Positions 1-8,311 of a DNA stretch of 64,000 nt are shown piece after piece. Every line of letters begins with the position of its first letter. Positions within the stretch are counted from its first letter, which is position 1. The notes below the pieces were generated by a model, which was not told the DNA's origin, made no database searches, and saw nothing but the letters and a program-made list of their open reading frames with translations. The position numbers and the translations under genes are program-made. This DNA comes from an uncultured Dehalococcoidaceae bacterium (GTDB taxonomy: Bacteria > Chloroflexota > Dehalococcoidia > Dehalococcoidales > RBG-16-60-22), in the NCBI GenBank assembly GCA_964500415.1, contig CAZCOB010000007.1, positions 10,934 to 74,933 on the forward strand, in the 5' to 3' direction.

Positions 1-1630
1 TTATCAGGCGGGTCATGTCGTAGATATCGTTGGACAGCGCCAGAAGCTGCTCCAGCGTCAGCTCATTTCCCGTGATGTATCTGTAAAAATTCTCGTAGTG
101 TCTTTCGTTGAGGCCGAGTTCTATCCAGGGCAGGCGGCAGACACCAAGCATATCGAACAGCGGACGCAGCGTCTGGTGGTATATTACTGTTTTCACTCTT
201 TCGTCGTCAGACCAGCTCTGCCCCTCCTCCATTTCCCGGGCGATTGTCCAGGCGCGCGTGTGGTGGGCGCCGATGTCCGAGGTGGCGTAAGCCAGCGCCA
301 TGGAGCTTCCAGCGCGGCTGTCGTAGGCGGACTGCTCCAGGCCTTTCACTTCCAGGATTAGTTTGTCCATTTCCGGCCATCTCTCGATGATGCGGCGCGA
401 CCCGTCGGCAATGATATCCCCGATGCCTTCCCGGTTGGCAATCTTGCGTATCAGGTTCAGAATGGCGGCGGCGTCGCCCCAGGTGATTTCCTGACTGTCG
501 AGGTCGGCCAGGGACAGTATTCCTTTCTCATAACCTTCGATGATGGCGCCGATAAGATTGCCCGCCGAGATAGTATCCAGACCGAGTTCGTCACAGAGCC
601 GGTTCGCCGACAGTACCGCTGCAAAGTTATCAACGCCGACGTTGGAGCCGAACATGGCGCAGGACTCGTATTCCGGCCCTTCCACCACCGTCCCGGCATA
701 TTCTCCGTTTTTTACCAGGCAGATGTTACTGCAGCACATAGAGCAGGCGAAACAGGCATTATCGCCTATTTTATAACTATCCAGCATGGTTGCGCCGTTA
801 ATCTGGTCGTACTTGGCGAAAACGCTATCCTTGAAGTTATAGGTGGGCAGGATACCCTTCTCATTGGCATAATCGATGACGTTCATCAGGCCCTGCTGTT
901 GCCATAATTTAAAGTACTTATGCTCCCTCAGGTAGTCGTAGGCTTTATTAGCTTCCTCCATAAGCCCCTGAATATCATAGACCGGCAGGTCCTGATGCCC
1001 CCTTACGATAATCGCCTTGAGGTTCTTAGCTCCCATGATAGCCCCGAATCCTGTTCGTCCGGCGTTGCGGCCCCAGTCGGTATTGACGCAGGCGAATTTT
1101 ACCAGGTTCTCGCCTGCCGGGCCGATGGTGGCGATATGCGCCGTCTGAACGTCCAGCTTTTCGCGGATAATTCCCTCGGCTTCCAGCGAAGTCTTGCCTT
1201 TCAGTTCGGGCATGGGAATGATTTTTATCTCGTGGTTATCGACGAAGAGAACGGAAATTTCCGGGGCCTTGCCGGTAATGGACAGGACATCGGTTCCCGA
1301 TTGTCTCAATTCCACCCCGAAACTGCCGCCGATAGACGAATCTCCATAGAGTCCGGTGGCCGGCGATATTCCGATGAATGAGTTTTTTCCTGACGAAGGC
1401 AGGTAAACGCCGGTGAGGGGGCCGGGGGCGATAACAATGAGGTTTTCCTCGCCCAGCGGGTTTAATTTATAATCGTGTTTTTTCAGGTTGTCCCAGACCA
1501 GCTTGGCGCCGAAGCCGCGCCCGCCGATATACTTTTCCAGGAAAGCGTCCGAAAGGTCCAGGTACTCGGCGCTGCCCCGGGTAAGGTCTACGAAGAGGTG
1601 TTTCCTGAAATAACCGCTCTTGATGCTCAT
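1..1630 (-). CDS. aor: Aldehyde:ferredoxin oxidoreductase (tungstopterin AOR family), C-terminus cut by window edge
   Basis: Absent from the ORF track because it runs off the left edge. My translation of the minus strand from the ATG at 1630..1628 gives MSIKSGYFRKHLFVDLTRGSAEYLDLSDAFLEKYIGGRGFGAKL... and stays open to position 1. It is collinear with the full-length AOR paralog at 48771..50597. The start overlaps the stop of the upstream ferredoxin gene (ATGA). Confidence 0.85.
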   Translation of the reverse strand, partial: MSIKSGYFRKHLFVDLTRGSAEYLDLSDAFLEKYIGGRGFGAKLVWDNLKKHDYKLNPLGEENLIVIAPGPLTGVYLPSSGKNSFIGISPATGLYGDSSIGGSFGVELRQSGTDVLSITGKAPEISVLFVDNHEIKIIPMPELKGKTSLEAEGIIREKLDVQTAHIATIGPAGENLVKFACVNTDWGRNAGRTGFGAIMGAKNLKAIIVRGHQDLPVYDIQGLMEEANKAYDYLREHKYFKLWQQQGLMNVIDYANEKGILPTYNFKDSVFAKYDQINGATMLDSYKIGDNACFACSMCCSNICLVKNGEYAGTVVEGPEYESCAMFGSNVGVDNFAAVLSANRLCDELGLDTISAGNLIGAIIEGYEKGILSLADLDSQEITWGDAAAILNLIRKIANREGIGDIIADGSRRIIERWPEMDKLILEVKGLEQSAYDSRAGSSMALAYATSDIGAHHTRAWTIAREMEEGQSWSDDERVKTVIYHQTLRPLFDMLGVCRLPWIELGLNERHYENFYRYITGNELTLEQLLALSNDIYDMTRLI

Positions 1631-2160
1631 AGCTCTTCCTTTCCTATCTCAGCATAGCGGATGGTCTTCTTTTCACCCTTCTCGTAAAACTCTATCTCCC
1701 GCATCTGGGTATAGCTGAGGACGTTGCTAATTCGTTTGGTATCACCGAGGGCATGCTCCGGTATTAATCTAAGGGCTCCCAGTGGGCAATATTTCACGCA
1801 TTCAGGGTCGCCGCCGCACATATCGCACTTGATGGGCAGGTTACAGTCCTCATGGGCGTAGATAGCTCCGAAGGGACAGGCCTCCGCGCACTTAAAACAG
1901 GAGATACAATCCTCTTCATATAGTTGCACCACCCCATCGACCCACCTTAAAGCATCGGTGGGGCATACCTGGGCGCAGGCCGGCACCCGGCACTGGCTGC
2001 AGACAACCGGCATCCTCATCACCGGATGAGGGTATGTATTGACGATTCTGATTGCCGCCTTCTTGGGATTATTCACCCCGAAGTGCTTTATGGCGCACAC
2101 CAGCTCGCATATCCTGCAATCGGAACACTGCTCGGGAATTACGGTCAGCTTCTTCGACAT
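1627..2160 (-). CDS. 4Fe-4S dicluster ferredoxin-type protein, probable electron partner of the downstream AOR
   Basis: 177-aa ORF with several Cys-cluster motifs (CSDCRICELVC, CSQCRVPACAQVCP, CISCFKCAEACP, CDMCGG..CVKYCP). GAGGAGG RBS upstream of the ATG at 2160. Translationally coupled to the AOR gene. Confidence 0.85.
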   Translation of the reverse strand: MSKKLTVIPEQCSDCRICELVCAIKHFGVNNPKKAAIRIVNTYPHPVMRMPVVCSQCRVPACAQVCPTDALRWVDGVVQLYEEDCISCFKCAEACPFGAIYAHEDCNLPIKCDMCGGDPECVKYCPLGALRLIPEHALGDTKRISNVLSYTQMREIEFYEKGEKKTIRYAEIGKEEL

Positions 2161-2403
2161 TCTCCAGTCCTCCTCAAGATATACGATATCATTATAGCAC
2201 GTTACGTTCGCGTTTATCTTCGCAGGCGCCCGGGATTTATTCCTGCTTCATATGCTCGGGTGGTAACTAGCAAATTTAGTAAGATTTCCTGTATTATATT
2301 AGGGGTATATTACACAGGTTGTGGAAGCTCAAAGTTTTGATTTTCAGGTGATATTGCGGACTTTATTAAGTTAAAAACCCTCGGATTTTATAAGGAGGTA
2401 ACC

Positions 2404-3870
2404 ATGGTTGAAGAAGCGGGGCTGGCAAAAATAGTAGGGGCTGGCAACACAAGCAGCAATCAGGCGGTACTGGACGAATACTCGCGTGACATGAGCTTCG
2501 TGAATCCGGTCAGGCCGGCATATGTCGTCAAACCGGGGAGTGCGGTGGATGTAGAGAAGCTTGTCAAACTGGCCAATGAGACGAATACGCCGCTGGTGCC
2601 GGTAAGCTCGGGGCCTCCCCATTTTCGAGGTGATACGGTTCCGGGCATCGGCGGTGCTGTAATTGTCGATTTAAGCGGCATGAAGAAAATTCTCCGGGTC
2701 GACCGTAAGAACCGGGTAGCCATGTGTGAACCTGGTGTAACCTTCGGCGAACTGATACCCGCCGTGGCTAAAGAAGGACTGCGGCTCAACATGCCCCTGA
2801 TGCCGCGTAAGGCGAAGTCGGTTATCGGCAGCATGCTGGAGCGCGAGCCGGTAATAATGCCCAAGTATCACTGGGATATCGCCGACCCCTTGGCCTGTGT
2901 TGAAGCTATCTTCGGTAACGGTGATATGTTCCGCACCGGCGCCGCCGCCGGACCGGGCACTCTGGAAGAACAGTGGGCTGCTGGTGGGTCTCAAAAAGAA
3001 GCCGCCGGGCCGGGTCAGAGTTCGCTGTACCGGGTAATCGGAGGCGCGCAGGGCACAATGGGCATCGTCACCTGGGCGTCGTTACGCTGCGAGCTGCTCC
3101 CCGGCATTGAAAGCCCTTTCCTCGTCGGTTCTGCCGATATCGAAAAACTTTTTGAATTCATTCACTGGATAATAAGACTGCGCCTGGTCAACGAATGTTT
3201 CGTGCTTAATAACGCCAATCTGGCGGCTATGATGGCCAGGAAGTGGCCTAAGGATTACCGGGACATCAGGGACAGCCTGCCTCCTTATGTACTCCTTTAT
3301 AACGTGGCCGGTTACGAATATCTGGCCGAAGAGAGAGTGGAATACCAGGTGAATGATATAAACGACGTAGCTCAGAGGGCAGGTGTGGAGCCTGTGGGAG
3401 CCATCGGCAGGATTTCTGCCGTAGAACTGCTCAAGGCCGCCAACCAGCCCTCCGCCGAGCCTTACTGGAAGCTCCGTGCCAGGGGCGGCTGCCATGACGT
3501 ATTCTTCGTTACCATCTACGATAAGCTTCCCGGCCTGATTGCCGCCATGAATGACCTGGCCGATGAAGCCGGCTATCCGGCCTCCGACATGGGTATCTAC
3601 CTTCAGCCGATAGTGCAGGGCAGCAGTTGCCACGTCGAGTTCAACCTGTTCTACGACCACTCCAATCCGGGAGAGATCGCCAGGGTCAGGAAACTGTCCG
3701 AAGAAGCCGTTAACAAACTGGAACGCCATGGCGCTTTCTTCTCCAGGCCTTACGGTGAAACCGCCAGAATGGTTATAAATCGGGATGCGGCAACGGTCGA
3801 TGCCCTCATGAGGGTGAAATCGATATTCGACCCCAATAATATCATGAACCCCGGCAAGCTTTGCTTTTAA
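2404..3870 (+). CDS. FAD-binding (PCMH-type) oxidase, GlcD-like subunit
   Basis: 488-aa ORF with an AAGGAGG RBS. FAD-binding-4-like pattern (VVKPGSAVDVEKLVKLANE..PLVPVSSG.. IVDLSGMKKILRVDRKNRVAMCEPGVT). Roughly 70% identical by eye to the paralog at 11119..12585. Confidence 0.8.
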   Translation: MVEEAGLAKIVGAGNTSSNQAVLDEYSRDMSFVNPVRPAYVVKPGSAVDVEKLVKLANETNTPLVPVSSGPPHFRGDTVPGIGGAVIVDLSGMKKILRVDRKNRVAMCEPGVTFGELIPAVAKEGLRLNMPLMPRKAKSVIGSMLEREPVIMPKYHWDIADPLACVEAIFGNGDMFRTGAAAGPGTLEEQWAAGGSQKEAAGPGQSSLYRVIGGAQGTMGIVTWASLRCELLPGIESPFLVGSADIEKLFEFIHWIIRLRLVNECFVLNNANLAAMMARKWPKDYRDIRDSLPPYVLLYNVAGYEYLAEERVEYQVNDINDVAQRAGVEPVGAIGRISAVELLKAANQPSAEPYWKLRARGGCHDVFFVTIYDKLPGLIAAMNDLADEAGYPASDMGIYLQPIVQGSSCHVEFNLFYDHSNPGEIARVRKLSEEAVNKLERHGAFFSRPYGETARMVINRDAATVDALMRVKSIFDPNNIMNPGKLCF

Positions 3871-3909
3871 TATGTTGTGATTAGCGGATAATTCTAAGGA
3901 GGAAATGAG

Positions 3910-5177
3910 ATGGCGCTGGAAGACTTACGAGAAGACATGGAACTCTGCAATAAGTGTAGTATCTGTAAATTCATTCCTCTGGAAAAGGTTAAGGGATTCC
4001 AGCCGGTAAATATTTGCCCCAGTATATCCAGGTATAATTTCAATGCTTACTCGGGGGGCGGACGGTTAAATATCGGCGTGGCCATGCTGGAAAACCGGAT
4101 TGGGTACACGGATAAGCTCCTTGATGTAATCTACAACTGCCAGATGTGCGGCGCCTGCGATGTCTCCTGCAAGTATGCCCTGGACATGGAAGTCATCGAG
4201 CCGATATACGAGTTAAGGATAAAGGCGGTAGAGGAAGGCCACACCCACCCGGCCCTGGATAAGGTTATCAACAGCCTGCGTAAGCAGGGTACAATGGTTC
4301 CGGGCGCCAGGGTAAAGCGCGGCGACTGGGCTGAAGGACTGGATATCAAAGACGCCACTAAACAGAAGGTGAAAGTCCTCTATCATGTCGGCTGCCTCAC
4401 CAGCTACGACAGGGATATGTGGAAGCTGGCCAAAGCTGCCGTCAGGCTGTTGAAAAAGGCGGGAGTCGATTTCGGTATTGCCGGTGAAGCCGAGACATGC
4501 TGCGGCGGCCGGGCCTATCAAATGGGATACAAAGAGGACTTCCTTAATCAGGCCAGGAAGAACATGGAGATGATTAAAAAAACCGGCGTGGAAACGCTGG
4601 TGACGTCCTGCGCCGACGGCTATCAGGCATTCAAGGTGCTCTATGATAAGTACGAGCTGAAGGCGACCTGGAGGTGCTGCATATCACCGAGTACCTCGAC
4701 CGACTTATCAAAGAGGGCAGGCTCAAGCCGACTAAAAAGGTAAAAATGAACGTCACCTACCACGACCCGTGCTACCTCGGCAGGCTGGGCGAGCCCTGGA
4801 TACACTGGAAGGGCAAGAGGCTGCCCGGTATTCAGCGCCGGTTCGACCCGCCGAAGGAATTTCGGCGTGGCACTAACGGCGTTTATGAGCCACCGCGTGA
4901 TGTCCTTAAAGCCATACCCGGTATCAAGCTCGTGGAAATGGTCCGGATTAAGGAATACGCCTGGTGCTGTGGGGCCGGTGGTGGTGTTAACGAGTCCAAT
5001 CCCGAATTTGCCGTTTGGACGGCTGTGGAAAGGATTAAAGAAGCTGAGGCTACCGGAGCCGAGGCGATTGTTTCCGCCTGTCCGTGGTGCGAAAAGACGT
5101 TAAGCGAAGCTGTCAGGGAATGTGGCAGTCGCCTCAAGGTGTACGATATCATCGAACTCGCGGAGAAGGTGATATAG
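3910..5177 (+). pseudogene. GlcF-like (Fe-S, CCG-domain) oxidoreductase subunit disrupted by a 1-nt frameshift
   Basis: Two track ORFs (3910..4743 and 4674..5177) together are collinear with the intact 421-aa paralog at 9801..11066. The frame switches between ...YDKYELK and GDLEVLHITEY... at about 4660-4662: ctgaaggcgac is present where ctg aaR ggc gac is expected. CCG motifs (ETCCGGRAY, WCCGAGGG) and Cys clusters are retained. Confidence 0.75.
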
Positions 5178-5227
5178 ATGATGTATATTCGCGTGTCAGG
5201 CGCGTAAGACGCTTCTACCGAAAGATT

Positions 5228-5270
5228 AAGGCTATTCCCAGTCTCGATTTCCCCGGGAATAGCCTTTTTA
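5228..5270 (+). terminator. Rho-independent terminator between convergent genes
   Basis: Perfect 12-bp stem AAGGCTATTCCC (5228..5239) / GGGAATAGCCTT (5255..5266) followed by TTTTT. It lies between the GlcF-like gene and the convergent Ala-rich gene. Confidence 0.75.
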
Positions 5271-5392
5271 TATTGTTCTTTTTGCTCCTGCCTAAATCAA
5301 CAATAATATGACTCCGACTACCAACAACACAATATCAAGTGACAGTAGCCCGTAAAAGAGTCATGCCCTATCCTTCATTACTATTAGGCCGT

Positions 5393-7894
5393 CTATGGTA
5401 TCAGCATGGCAGCCAGACCGAAGCCTATCATGGTAGCGGCGGCCACCATCGCGATAATTAGTATCCCCATCTCCCAGGAAGTAAACAGCCTGCGGGAGAG
5501 GCCCTTGATTCTGTCCAGAGCCTCTTTGGCCGTGCCGAAGGCTTCCTCTACCTTGGTGGAGAGTGTTTTCACCTCGTCAATGGTCTGCTGGTGTGCCTTC
5601 TCAATTCTGGCCGACATCTCCTCGGCTTTCTTGATGGTATCGGCGGCGAGCACCTTGGCGCCTCGCGCCGCTTCCTCGGCCTTCTGGGAAGCGTTCAACG
5701 ATGTCTTCCCGGCTTCCTCGGCGGCCTTCCTGGCTTCCGCCGAGGCTCTCGAGGCGGTGTCAGCGGATTCCTGGGCTTTCCTGGCCAGAGCTTCAGCCTG
5801 GCTTACCAGTTTCTGCAATGCTGCTGTGGCGGCATCGATGGCGTCATCGCCGGCAGTATCGGCCGCTTCAGCTTTCTGGCGGGTTTCTTCGGATGTCTTC
5901 ATCCCGAGGGTAGATGTAACCATCGTCTGGTCGCCGGCGGTCTTGACTTTATTACCCACCACGCCTGTTAGCTTTGAAGACGAATCGATGGCTTCAGAGG
6001 CGGCCATGGCGGCTGTATCCGCCTTCCTTTCAAGCTCCTCTATCGAACGGTAAGTGGCGGCAGCGGCGGACTTGGCTTTCTCACCCGCATCGTCGGCTTT
6101 CTGGGCACTACTTACGGTGGGGGTTTTTAATGCCTCTTCACGCGCTTCTTTAGCGCTGGCTGCGGTCTTTTCGGCCAGTTTACCGGCCTTTTCCGCTTCT
6201 TTTATCGCTTCCTCAACAGCCTTCTGAGCCAGCCGCGCTATACGCTCGGTTCTAACGGCATCTGCCTCGGTAAACGCAGAGACTCCGGCGCTAACTTCTT
6301 TGACCTTTTGAACCGCCTCTTCGGCGGTCTTTTTCATTTCTTCCGCCTTGGTAACAACTTCTTCTTTAGCGGTATGGGCTGCCGCTTCGGTAGCTTCCCT
6401 AGCCTGTTTGGCAGCTATCTCGGCCTTGTTTCCAGCCTCTTCGGCTATTCTCATAGCTTCCTCGGCTTTGGTGGCGGCTTCTTCACCAGCGGCTCTAATG
6501 GCCGACTCAGCAGATTGACCAGCCTGTCGGGCGGCGGTTTCCGCCTTCAGTCCGGCTTCTTCGGCGACTCTCATGGCTTCTTCGGCCTTGGCGGCGGCTT
6601 CCTCGCCGGCGGCTCTCATGGCTGACTCGGCGGCAAGCCTGGCAGCCTCGGATGCCTTCGTAGCCGCGTCGGATGCTGCCTCGGCAGATTTGGCCAGGTC
6701 TTCGGCACGACTCACCAGCTGGTGCAGCGCTTTGCCCGCATCTTGTATAGCTTCATCTCCGGCAATGTCGGTTGCCTCAGCTTTCTTACGGGTCCTGCCC
6801 GCGGTTAAAAATCCGGTGGCCGCGGTTTGTTTGGCCTCTCTACCCGCCTCATCGACTCTCCCTGCCAGTAATCCCGTTACTCTGGTAGCCGCACTTATAG
6901 CGTCATCTCCGGCTATGGCGGCCGCCTCGGATTTACGGTCGGTCTCTTCGGCTGCCTGGTAAGCGGCAGCGGCTGCCCTCTTGGCTTTTCTGCCCGCTTC
7001 ATCGGCTTTTGTAGCCGTTTCCGGGGTAACGAGTTTGGCAAGTGCCGCACGAGCGGTGCTTGAGGAGAGGGCGCTCTCATCGGCCTGTTTCCCGGCAGCA
7101 TTGGCTTTTTCAATAACTTCTTCGACGGCTTTCTTGGCGGCTACGGCCAGGTCTTCGGCCCGGGCTGCAGCTTCCTCGGACGCTTGCACGGCGAGTGCTT
7201 CCGCTTCTTTAGCGGCCAGGCTGACCTCTTCGGCTTTTTGAGTGGCTTCCTCGGAAGCATATTTAGCTTCGTTGGCGGTCTGTTCGGCTCTTAAAGCGGC
7301 TTCTTCGGCCCGACGTGCCGCTTCGTCGGCGGCTCTGGCAGCTTCATCGGCGGCTTTCTTGGCTAAAGCACTGGCTTCTTCAGCCCGTTGGGCAGCGTCC
7401 TCAGATACGCGTCTCGCTGCTTCAGCGGATTTAATTGCCTTTTCACCTTCTTTAACAGCCTTGGCAGCCGCTTCCTGAGAGGTCTGGGTAGCACCCTCAG
7501 CAGCTTTTTGAAAGGACTTGGCGGCCTCTCTGGCGCCGCTGTCTGCCTCCTCGGCTTTCCTGGCGGCTTCCTCAGCAGTCTCTCTGGCTGCTCTAGCCGT
7601 CGCCTCAGCTTTAGATGCCGCATCGCTGGCTGCCTGTGTTGCGGTTGCAGCGGCGCTTTCACCGGCGAATCGGGCCTCCTCCGCTCTCTTGGCAGCTTCT
7701 GTGGATGCTGTAGTAGCGGCTCCGGCAGCGCTCCGGGCAGCTTTAGCTGCATCTTCGGCTTTACGAGCCGCCATGGCGGCTGCCCGGATGTTCTCCTCCA
7801 TTTCGCCCAGGATTTGTGGGAGAGGTTTGGTCATTATTTCAGGAGATTCCGGTGGCTTGTCTCCCTGGTGAGTCCGCGGTCTCTTAGTAACCAT
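5393..7894 (-). CDS. Ala/Glu/Lys-rich repetitive coiled-coil protein with a single C-terminal transmembrane anchor (tail-anchored), function unknown
   Basis: 833-aa ORF with a GGAGGG RBS 5 nt upstream of the ATG at 7894. Almost entirely A/E/K/T/S low-complexity helix-former sequence. It ends in a hydrophobic segment, WEMGILIIAMVAAATMIGFGLAAMLIP, followed by the stop. Contains internal duplications (see repeat features). Confidence 0.8.
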   Translation of the reverse strand: MVTKRPRTHQGDKPPESPEIMTKPLPQILGEMEENIRAAAMAARKAEDAAKAARSAAGAATTASTEAAKRAEEARFAGESAAATATQAASDAASKAEATARAARETAEEAARKAEEADSGAREAAKSFQKAAEGATQTSQEAAAKAVKEGEKAIKSAEAARRVSEDAAQRAEEASALAKKAADEAARAADEAARRAEEAALRAEQTANEAKYASEEATQKAEEVSLAAKEAEALAVQASEEAAARAEDLAVAAKKAVEEVIEKANAAGKQADESALSSSTARAALAKLVTPETATKADEAGRKAKRAAAAAYQAAEETDRKSEAAAIAGDDAISAATRVTGLLAGRVDEAGREAKQTAATGFLTAGRTRKKAEATDIAGDEAIQDAGKALHQLVSRAEDLAKSAEAASDAATKASEAARLAAESAMRAAGEEAAAKAEEAMRVAEEAGLKAETAARQAGQSAESAIRAAGEEAATKAEEAMRIAEEAGNKAEIAAKQAREATEAAAHTAKEEVVTKAEEMKKTAEEAVQKVKEVSAGVSAFTEADAVRTERIARLAQKAVEEAIKEAEKAGKLAEKTAASAKEAREEALKTPTVSSAQKADDAGEKAKSAAAATYRSIEELERKADTAAMAASEAIDSSSKLTGVVGNKVKTAGDQTMVTSTLGMKTSEETRQKAEAADTAGDDAIDAATAALQKLVSQAEALARKAQESADTASRASAEARKAAEEAGKTSLNASQKAEEAARGAKVLAADTIKKAEEMSARIEKAHQQTIDEVKTLSTKVEEAFGTAKEALDRIKGLSRRLFTSWEMGILIIAMVAAATMIGFGLAAMLIP
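5714..7126 (-). repeat. Large internal duplication (~165 aa blocks at 6629..7126 and 5714..6220) within the Ala-rich gene
   Basis: Block A (aa 257-422) reads VEEVIEKANAAGK...KADEAGRKAKRAAAAAY...VTGLLAGRVDEAG...KKAEATDIAGDEAIQDAGKALHQLVSRAEDLAKSAEAASDAATKASEAARLAAE. It aligns with block B (aa 559-727), VEEAIKEAEKAGK...KADDAGEKAKSAAAATY...LTGVVGNKVKTAG...QKAEAADTAGDDAIDAATAALQKLVSQAEALARKAQESADTASRASAEARKAAEE. Confidence 0.75.
6389..6628 (-). repeat. Tandem 2 x 40-aa (120-nt) repeat inside the Ala-rich gene
   Basis: aa 423-462 ESAMRAAGEEAAAKAEEAMRVAEEAGLKAETAARQAGQSA versus aa 463-502 ESAIRAAGEEAATKAEEAMRIAEEAGNKAEIAAKQAREAT. The nucleotide units are also visibly similar. Confidence 0.85.
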
Positions 7895-8108
7895 AATTTC
7901 CCTCCATTTGCTAAGCCTTTGTAATAGCCGTATTCATTGTTTCTTACTTATAAAAATGGAAAGACACCAGTAAAAGAGTAACCGGTGTCTTCATATACTT
8001 TATTCGCGGATGTGTTCAATTGAAAACGCCTTCCGGCATTCCCGCCCCCGGGCAACCTTTTTAAATTTGAACACATCCAATCCTCAAAACGGGGTAAAAC
8101 TGGCTCTT
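7895..8108 (-). promoter_or_regulatory. Structured 5' leader of the Ala-rich gene (long-range stem plus terminator-like hairpin)
   Basis: 12-bp inverted repeat GGATGTGTTCAA (8008..8019) / TTGAACACATCC (8067..8078) enclosing a 47-nt GC-rich loop. On the minus strand this is followed by hairpin AAGACACC (7961..7968) / GGTGTCTT (7984..7991) and then tccattttta, about 60 nt before the RBS. Confidence 0.4.
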
Positions 8109-8115
8109 AAGCATA

Positions 8116-8145
8116 ATAATAGTAATTGGTAATGGCTCTTGTCAA
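8116..8145 (-). promoter_or_regulatory. Sigma70-type promoter candidate for the Ala-rich gene
   Basis: The minus strand reads TTGACA (8145..8140), an 18-nt spacer, then TATTAT (8121..8116). It sits downstream of the terminator of the preceding operon. Confidence 0.45.
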
Positions 8146-8209
8146 TATCCTCCAGACACTAAGGACATTATTTTTTATAACATAATAATTAACGCAAAAA
8201 AAGCGACCG

Positions 8210-8259
8210 CTTAAAAGAAACACCCCCAAGCCGCGTGGTAAATCCGTGGCTCAGGGGTG
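8210..8259 (-). terminator. Rho-independent terminator of the GlcD/F/E-like operon
   Basis: Minus strand: CACCCC-tga-GCCACG-loop-CGCGGC-ttg-GGGGTG followed by tttctttt, about 50 nt after the stop at 8312. Confidence 0.6.
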
Positions 8260-8311
8260 CCGCTGTTCAATCATACTTTAATAAGACTACTTATCCCCCA
8301 TTTAGCAGTAA

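Noticed and set aside
2310-2340. A shared CAGGTTGTG(N)GAAGCT-like motif upstream of both GlcD-like paralogs (about 2316..2340 and 12652..12676), considered as a possible common operator.
   Set aside because: A 9-mer match between two ~300-nt regions searched on both strands is expected by chance about once. The motif's orientation relative to the two genes is opposite, and the extended similarity is weak.
5406-7924. Many long ORFs on the plus strand and in alternative frames inside the Ala-rich gene (e.g. 5406..6053, 6573..6962, 6981..7241, 7388..7924, 7518..7871).
   Set aside because: These are shadow frames created by the GCN/GAR codon periodicity of the 833-aa gene. They encode Ser/Ala/Leu/Gly low-complexity strings, lack RBSs and overlap a gene that has a strong RBS and a coherent repeat architecture.
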